Part shown: positions 57,879-64,000 of the stretch, piece after piece | How the letters are laid out: the number at the start of each line of letters is the position of its first letter | Position numbering within the stretch: position 1 is the first letter of the stretch | Assembly (NCBI GenBank): GCA_038228295.1 | Contig: JBBRPH010000027.1 | Span: 375-64,374 of the forward strand | DNA from: Chloroflexia bacterium | GTDB lineage: Bacteria > Chloroflexota > Chloroflexia > QHBQ01 > JAICKM01 | Length of the DNA stretch: 64,000 bases | Reading direction: 5' to 3' | Position numbers and translations under genes: made by a program | Notes under the pieces: generated by a model | Told to the model about the DNA's origin: nothing | What the model saw: the letters and a program-made list of their open reading frames with translations, nothing else | The model's database searches: none

Positions 57879-57911
57879 GCGGTTGCCTCCTAGCCGCCCA
57901 GCGGTAGCCTG

Positions 57912-58670
57912 TTATTCCGCAGAGTCTTTGTGCCTACCCGGATCGGGCAGCAGGACGGCACCGACCCCGTTGCGATAGGTATGCGGATCGTCGCCGGCTC
58001 TCCAAACGGTTACGCTACCCTCGCCCCAAACGCTCCACGCGCCGGCGGTGTGCAGCAGCGCGGTGTCTTCGTCAATGCCGATCATAGTGTAGTCGGCGGG
58101 GATCCGGCGGCGCAGATCGGTGACACTGTGATCGGCGAACATCCAAGCATTGTCGAAATGTGGAATCAGAAACCAGTGCGGCAGCAGACCGAGCGCCGGG
58201 ATAGGGCTAAACGGCTGCCCAGCGTGCATAGCGTCGGGATTATAGGTTAAGCCGCCGAGCATCATGCTGCCCGCACTGCACCCGGCCAGGGCCGCGCCGG
58301 CTTGGAAGCGCGCCAACGTGGCGTGCCAGACCGGCGAATCGCGCAATGTCTCCACCACATATTCCGGCCGGCCGCCGGAGTAATAAATCACCCCGGCAGC
58401 GGCCAGTGCCTCTACCCAGTGCGGGTCGTGCGCGTCGGCACGGCTATAGACCGGCACGCCGTAGGCTGCGGCCCCCAACGCGGCAAAGTGTTGTTGCCCC
58501 AGCGCGATCCAATCGGCCGGATTTTCCAGACCGGCGGCCGTGGGCAGGATGGCGACGTTGCGCCCGACGGTGGCTACGCGCTGTAAGACTTCGCGGTCTA
58601 CCTCATTCATCACCGGTAAGAACTCGCCGGAACCGGCTAGCAAGAGAGGTGCAGTGGGTAGGTGCGGCAT
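57912..58670 (-). CDS. Peptidase S51 / cyanophycinase-like protein
   Basis: LPTAA, SGG, GCSAG nucleophile, PHFD, GIDEDT. Confidence 0.88.
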   Translation of the reverse strand: MPHLPTAPLLLAGSGEFLPVMNEVDREVLQRVATVGRNVAILPTAAGLENPADWIALGQQHFAALGAAAYGVPVYSRADAHDPHWVEALAAAGVIYYSGGRPEYVVETLRDSPVWHATLARFQAGAALAGCSAGSMMLGGLTYNPDAMHAGQPFSPIPALGLLPHWFLIPHFDNAWMFADHSVTDLRRRIPADYTMIGIDEDTALLHTAGAWSVWGEGSVTVWRAGDDPHTYRNGVGAVLLPDPGRHKDSAE

Positions 58671-58800
58671 AAAGGTGTTGCCTAATGGTTGCGCCGCCAT
58701 GCGGATGGCAGTCTGGGACGGGAAGCAACTCCGCTGTCGCTGACGGTTCCCTCGCTACGGCGCTTAAGGCGGCATTACGCGCTGTTCAGGTCGTATGCGT

Positions 58801-60654
58801 TTAGTGTTCTTGCGTGTTGTTCGCTACGCCGGCCTCTTGCCGGGTTTGCGCGTCCTGGTAGATGCCGGCCAGTTCGCCAAGCAGCCGGGCGCGGGTGGCG
58901 ACATCCACGTTCATGCCGGCGATCTGCGCGCGCACGGTCTCTTCCGGTGTGCCGTTGCGCACAGCGGCTTCGACTTGCGTGCGGGCCAGGCCATAGACGG
59001 CTTCCGGTTGGACTGCATTGCTAACTTCCGCTTCGCTCTCACTGCCGCCAAAAAGCGAATTCCAGCCACTCGTGATGCTGTGGCCGATGGAGTTAACCCC
59101 GCCGGCGATGCTGTTGCCGACCGCGCTAGCCCCGTTGACGACAGCATTGCCCACGTAGCTTGCGCCGTTTGCGATAGCGTGTCCGGTGTAGCTCGCACCG
59201 TCGGCGATGCCGTGGCCGACCGCTGCGGCTCCGCGTGCGATGCCCCGCCCGGCTGAGCCTATGGCGTGCCCAACGGTGCCGACCCCGCGCCCGATATAGC
59301 CGACTCCTTTGCGCGCCGTCTCGCTGTAATGGCTTTCGCCGTTTACCTCATCGGTGCTTTGCGTACCCATGTCGGTTACGGTCAAGCCTTTCGGGTCGGC
59401 ACCGGGCAGTTGGTTACCGTGGCCCTGTTGCAGTGCGCCGGCCGTTACCGGCAATGCGCCGTGCGCGGTGAGGGCGTAGTGACCGAGACCTAGTAAGCCC
59501 AACCCGCCGCTGCGCTCCGCCTCGCCCAGCAGCCCCATGTTCATGCGGTAGTTGTGGACGGTGCCGTGCGTCAGTGCTTCACCACCGGCCGGTACTGCGT
59601 CGCCTTCGACACGGTAGTGAGTCGAGTCAATCGCCCGTCCGTCGCGTTTGTGGGCGGCGTTATAGGTATCCAGTTTCGCGGCTTCGCTGCGATTGATGCC
59701 CGGCGATTGGAAGGTGGTGACCTGGCTGACCAGGCCGGGGTACTCACTAGCCGCCGTCTGGGCCAGCGCCCCGCCCAGGCTATGGCCGGTCACAATGGCC
59801 GGGCCGGAGCGCGCCGCCGACTCCATAGCTTGGCGGATCACGGTGCGGTTTAGCTCAAACTGGTCGTGGCCGACCCCATCGGGGTTGAAGTCGGTGGCAA
59901 TGTCACCCCATTCCGACGGTTGGGTGCCGCGGAAGCAGACCACACTGGCTTGGCGCGGCTCGGCGGAGAAAAAGACACGCATCTGCATCCCGTTGCGCCC
60001 GGCGATCAATGGGCCGGCCGTGTAGTGGTGCCGGCGCAGCAGCGCGACCTGTTCGTTGCTGAGGGTGTCGGCATAGCCCATCACATGGGCCATTTGCTCA
60101 ATCAGCGCATCGTGGGTTAGATCCGGCTTACCGGGCGCGGCAGGGTTGCCGCTCTGATCGTGGCCGTCCCCAACCCGCTGCGCGACTAAACTCTGCGTGT
60201 GCTCGGCGCTGCGCTGGACCGCTTGTGGGGCCGCACTTTCCGTAGCCAATCCCCCCAGGGCCGGCGATGCGGTAGTGGCCTGACCAGCAGGACTAGCGGT
60301 TTGGGAGGCTTGCGCGGCGGGTGCGTCTGTCAGTTCCGCTCCTGCGGTCATGTTCTGCTCGGCTGGCCGCATAGCATCGCGCGCGAGGGGGGTAGCGCTC
60401 TGCTCGGTCCGGGCGGCGCTACGCTGTAGCATTTGTTGGACAGCGCGATTGCCGTGGGTCTGCTGCACTTGCTGGGCCAGGGCCGCCCGCACCACGCTGT
60501 TGCCGCGTCCGCTTAGGCGCGAGTCCCCCAGGTGCAAACCGCTGGGCGTGGCAAGCGACTCGCTGGTTCGCTGCACTGCGTCGGGGGTCGCTGCTGCCGG
60601 GTGCGCACGATGGTGTTCCTGCTCGTGTGCGTCGTTGGCTTGGCTGGGGGACAT
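58801..60654 (-). CDS. Lipase class 3 domain protein with eCIS-cargo-like N-terminus and Gly/Ala-rich repeats (candidate toxin)
   Basis: QQTHGNRAVQQMLQR and repeated VQR; FRGT, TGHSLGGALAQ, TFQSPG, GDAVP lipase motifs; GAGGTG RBS. Confidence 0.72.
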   Translation of the reverse strand: MSPSQANDAHEQEHHRAHPAAATPDAVQRTSESLATPSGLHLGDSRLSGRGNSVVRAALAQQVQQTHGNRAVQQMLQRSAARTEQSATPLARDAMRPAEQNMTAGAELTDAPAAQASQTASPAGQATTASPALGGLATESAAPQAVQRSAEHTQSLVAQRVGDGHDQSGNPAAPGKPDLTHDALIEQMAHVMGYADTLSNEQVALLRRHHYTAGPLIAGRNGMQMRVFFSAEPRQASVVCFRGTQPSEWGDIATDFNPDGVGHDQFELNRTVIRQAMESAARSGPAIVTGHSLGGALAQTAASEYPGLVSQVTTFQSPGINRSEAAKLDTYNAAHKRDGRAIDSTHYRVEGDAVPAGGEALTHGTVHNYRMNMGLLGEAERSGGLGLLGLGHYALTAHGALPVTAGALQQGHGNQLPGADPKGLTVTDMGTQSTDEVNGESHYSETARKGVGYIGRGVGTVGHAIGSAGRGIARGAAAVGHGIADGASYTGHAIANGASYVGNAVVNGASAVGNSIAGGVNSIGHSITSGWNSLFGGSESEAEVSNAVQPEAVYGLARTQVEAAVRNGTPEETVRAQIAGMNVDVATRARLLGELAGIYQDAQTRQEAGVANNTQEH

Positions 60655-60840
60655 AATCAGCACCTCGCGTCGGCTTGAAAAGCAATAATATTCTACATCG
60701 TCATCAAAGGCCCAAAGAAGCGTGGCTACCGTGTCAGTATAGCACAGTTTATGCCCTGTGAGAAGTGGCAACTTGTAGTTGCTGCTGCAAATTGGCGGAA
60801 ATGAGACACGCGATACTTAGCGCTATTTGCTGTCCCGCTT

Positions 60841-62016
60841 TCAAGAGGCCAGGCCGCGCCCCACCAATTCGGCGCGCGCCTGATCGGCTTGGTCGGTGGC
60901 CTGCTGGTCGCGTACCCATGTCAGCAGTTCAGCCACGCCGTCGGCAAAGTGCACCGTCGGTGTGTAGCCTAGCAGCCGCTGCGCCTTGCTGATGTCGGCG
61001 TAGCAGTGGCGAATATCGCCCGCACGGAACTGGCCCACGATCTCGGGAGCAATGGCCTTGCCCAAGCCTTGCGCCAGCGCCTCCGCCACCTCGCGCACCG
61101 TCACACGCAGGCCGGTGCCGATGTTCAGCGCCTCATAATCGGCCGCATCCGTTTCCAGGGCACGCAGGTTGGCCTGTACGATGTCGCTGACATGGATAAA
61201 ATCGCGCTGTTGGCCGCCGTCCTCAAAGATCAAAGGCGCCTTATTATTCAGCAATCGTCCGCTAAAGATCGCCGCCACCCCAGTGTAGGGATTGGATAGC
61301 GCCTGGCGCGTCCCGTAGACGTTGAAATAGCGCAACGCGACCGTCGGAATGCCGTAGGCGCGGCCCACAGCCAGGCACATCTCCTCTTGATCGCGCTTGT
61401 TGATCGCATAAATCGAAGTCGGAAAGAGCGGCTTGTCTTCATCGGTGGGGATGGGCGTGGCCGGGCCGTCGCATAGCGGGCAGTGCATTTCCCAGTCGCG
61501 GGCCGCCAATTGGGCTTCGCCGCGTAGTTTGGGATAGACGCCACCATGTGTAGGGCATCGGTAGGCGCCTTCGCCGTAAATAGACATGGATGACGCGACG
61601 ATCAGCTTGCGGACGGCTCCCCGGTCGGTGGTCAAGGCTTCGAGCAACACTGCCGTGCCGAGCGTATTGGTCCGCGTATAGCGCACGATCTCGTACATGG
61701 ACTGGCCCACGCCGACCTCGGCGGCCTCATGGTACACCACCTCGATGCCGGCCAGCGCGCGACGCACGGCGGCGGCATCAGTGATGTCGGCCTGGTAGAA
61801 CTCGGCGGCGGGATGCAGGTAGTGCGGGCGACCATCGGCTCCCAACGGCTGCGGGCCGTGGACCTGGGGCAGCAGCGCGTCCAGCACGCGCACCTGATGC
61901 CCGCGTGCGATCAGTGCGTCTACTAGGTGCGAGCCGATAAAGCCGGCCCCGCCCAGCACCAATACCCGCTCACTCCGACCCGGCGTAGCCTGCCCATGCC
62001 CGTTCGTGTTGCTCAT
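60841..62016 (-). CDS. NAD-dependent epimerase/dehydratase (extended SDR)
   Basis: GGAGFIGSH, SSMSIYG, YAINK, YFNVYG, RDFIHV. Confidence 0.92.
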   Translation of the reverse strand: MSNTNGHGQATPGRSERVLVLGGAGFIGSHLVDALIARGHQVRVLDALLPQVHGPQPLGADGRPHYLHPAAEFYQADITDAAAVRRALAGIEVVYHEAAEVGVGQSMYEIVRYTRTNTLGTAVLLEALTTDRGAVRKLIVASSMSIYGEGAYRCPTHGGVYPKLRGEAQLAARDWEMHCPLCDGPATPIPTDEDKPLFPTSIYAINKRDQEEMCLAVGRAYGIPTVALRYFNVYGTRQALSNPYTGVAAIFSGRLLNNKAPLIFEDGGQQRDFIHVSDIVQANLRALETDAADYEALNIGTGLRVTVREVAEALAQGLGKAIAPEIVGQFRAGDIRHCYADISKAQRLLGYTPTVHFADGVAELLTWVRDQQATDQADQARAELVGRGLAS

Positions 62017-62825
62017 ACCTGCTCCTTTTTTTCACTCTGCTCAACCGGGGCGCGGCTTTTGACTGCCTGGCGGTGGCGCACCTGTGGGCCGTATAAGCCG
62101 GCGGCGGCATTCCAGCGGATGCGGAACAGGCCGCGTAGCGCACGCACGGCATCACGCCCGATCCGTACCTTCGTGCCACGCTCATCATGCCAGGTCACGG
62201 GTACTTCCATGATGCGATAGCCCCGCCGCTGGGCCAAATAGAGGATCTCGGCATCGAAACTGAAATCATCGAGGCGACCGCGGCGGAACAGGTCGTGCGC
62301 GGCTTCCCGGCGGAATGCCTTGAAGCCACAGGTTACGTCGCTGATGTCGCGTGTCGCCAGCAGATCACTCAGCCAGGTGAATACTTTGCCCAGCCGTTCG
62401 CGCAGCCAGGGCTGGCGGCGCACCAACACCGAGCCGGCCATTTTGCGCGACCCGATAACCAGATCCCACCCACTTTCAAGCCAGGGCCAGAACTTGTCTA
62501 ATTCACTGGGCGGGGTGGAGAGGTCGGCATCGGTGAACAACACATATTCGCCGCGACCGGCAGGCATCCCGGCGCGTAGGGCTTTGCCTTTGCCGCCGTT
62601 CGGCCCGTTAGCGATCACACGGTGGTGGGGTACGGCGGCCAGCAGTTCACGGGCCAGGGCAGCGGTGCTGTCGCTACTGCCGTCGTCCACCGCGATCACT
62701 TCGTAGCTGTAGGACTGGGCAGCCAGATAGGCCAGCAAGCGCGGCAAACTGTCGCGCATCCGTGCCGCTTCATTATACATCGGGATGACCACCGACAACC
62801 GGAACTCAGCGGGAGACGCGGACAC
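62013..62825 (-). CDS. GT2 polyprenyl-phosphate glycosyltransferase (Dol-P-Glc synthase-like)
   Basis: IPMYNE, VDDGS, GKG, FTDADLS, CGFKAF, FDAEIL; GTG start after GGAGG. Confidence 0.9.
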   Translation of the reverse strand: MSASPAEFRLSVVIPMYNEAARMRDSLPRLLAYLAAQSYSYEVIAVDDGSSDSTAALARELLAAVPHHRVIANGPNGGKGKALRAGMPAGRGEYVLFTDADLSTPPSELDKFWPWLESGWDLVIGSRKMAGSVLVRRQPWLRERLGKVFTWLSDLLATRDISDVTCGFKAFRREAAHDLFRRGRLDDFSFDAEILYLAQRRGYRIMEVPVTWHDERGTKVRIGRDAVRALRGLFRIRWNAAAGLYGPQVRHRQAVKSRAPVEQSEKKEQV

Positions 62826-63115
62826 ACATACCTCCGATAGGCAAGCGACCTCATGCAGCACCGGTTTGCCTCGGCACCGCCGCCTAGCATACCACACGCT
62901 GGGCAGCTACGTCAAGGCCGGCTCCGCCGCCTTGACCCTCGCTCGGCGGGGAATAGGCGTATGGGCGCTCTCATATTTGCTTGTGGGCGCGGGCGAGTGG
63001 TATAATAACCGAGAGTTGGTGCCACGGGCGACTGTGGCGTGGCCTTTTCTAGCGGAACTTGCCGGAACGGTCAACGCCGACCGGGCCGGGCACTTCAATG
63101 ATGAAGGAGAATCTG

Positions 63116-64000
63116 ATGGCAATTGATCCTTCCCTGGTTTGCTTTTTCCAGGGCGACTATGTGCCCCTGGCTGAGGCCAAAGTCGGTATCCTCACGCACG
63201 CTTTTAGCTACGGCACAGGCTGCTTCGAAGGTATTCGCGGCTACTACAATTCCGACCACGATCAGATTTACGTCTTCCGTCTCGATCAACATTACGCCCG
63301 CCTGAGCCAGTCGGCACGTATCGTGATGATTGACATCCCCTACAGCCCGACCGATTTGGGTGAGATGACGTTAGAGTGCATTCGCCGCAGCAATCTACAC
63401 ACCGATGTCTATATTCGTGCGTCGGGCTATAAGTCGTCGGAGATAATCGGTGTGCGCCTGCACAACCTGGAAGACGAGCTGTACATCGTGGCCCAACCGT
63501 TCGGCAACTATATTGATATTGACCGGCCGCTCCGCGCCGGGGTGTCGTCGTGGCGGCGGGTGGACGATAACATGATCCCGGCGCGGGCCAAGATCACCGG
63601 CGCGTATATCAACAGCGCCTTCGCCAAGACCGAGGCGTTGCTCAACGGCTTCGATGAGGCGATCATGCTCACCGGCGACGGCCATGTGTCGGAAGGCAGC
63701 GCGGAAAACCTGTTCATGCTGCGCAAAGGCACGCTCTACACGCCGCCGGTGACGGACAACCTGCTCGAAGGCATCACACGCGACACGATCATCACGCTGG
63801 TGCGTGACGAACTCGGCGTGCCGGTGGTCGAGCGCCCGATTGATCGCACCGAACTCTATGTGGCCGACGAATTGCTGCTCTGCGGCACCGGCGCGCAGAT
63901 CGCCCCGGTCGGCAGCGTGGACCACCGCGCCATCGGCAACGGCAGCGTGGGCGAACTGGGCCGCCGCCTGCAAGCGCTTTATTTCGACGTAGTGCGCGGC
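63116..64000 (+). CDS. ilvE: Branched-chain amino acid aminotransferase (partial, runs off window end)
   Basis: AAGGAG RBS; YGTGCFEGIRGY, RAKITGAYINS (PLP Lys), EGSAENLF, LEGITRDT, CGTGAQI. Confidence 0.93.
   Translation, partial: MAIDPSLVCFFQGDYVPLAEAKVGILTHAFSYGTGCFEGIRGYYNSDHDQIYVFRLDQHYARLSQSARIVMIDIPYSPTDLGEMTLECIRRSNLHTDVYIRASGYKSSEIIGVRLHNLEDELYIVAQPFGNYIDIDRPLRAGVSSWRRVDDNMIPARAKITGAYINSAFAKTEALLNGFDEAIMLTGDGHVSEGSAENLFMLRKGTLYTPPVTDNLLEGITRDTIITLVRDELGVPVVERPIDRTELYVADELLLCGTGAQIAPVGSVDHRAIGNGSVGELGRRLQALYFDVVRG

Noticed and set aside
63011-63030. T-box riboswitch upstream of ilvE
   Set aside because: The resemblance to GGTGGNACC is weak, and there is no room for stem I after the promoter.
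1-64000. Numerous long alternative-frame ORFs in the track; rRNA and tRNA genes
   Set aside because: The shadow ORFs overlap well-supported genes and are expected at high GC. No tRNA cloverleaf (including tRNA-Sec) or rRNA signature was recognised.

Overview
GC-rich bacterial DNA, probably Chloroflexota (inferred from the YFQRNRFELHPE/YFDKSRME-type repeats in secreted proteins). Most of the window is housekeeping and envelope genes: mrp/apbC, a GntR/YtrA-ABC operon, topA, lysA, ATP-dependent ligase, DEAD-box helicase, ilvE, glycosyltransferases, an SLH amidase and a subtilase. The standout is a repABC-like replication/partition module at about 21.6-28.5 kb. It has a MerR-type HTH, ParA, a non-Spo0J ParB and an antisense small-RNA unit. 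Its Rep-like initiator carries a C-terminal DnaA-N-like domain and eight internal 21-bp palindromic iterons, one of them out of frame. A divergent ExeA-like ATPase plus RHH-like pair, an AT-rich tract and two 32-bp palindromes with a GAAC-N4-GTTC core follow. No integrase or att site was seen. Other highlights are a probable selenocysteine (in-frame UGA plus SECIS-like hairpin) rhodanese lipoprotein at the left edge, a canonical parS-like site, an orphan eCIS-cargo-like lipase toxin candidate, a membrane-anchored EAD1 protein, a sigma2-only ECF-like protein and an amber-interrupted SnoaL-like gene. No rRNA, tRNA or CRISPR array was recognised. All calls were made by eye, with no database searches.
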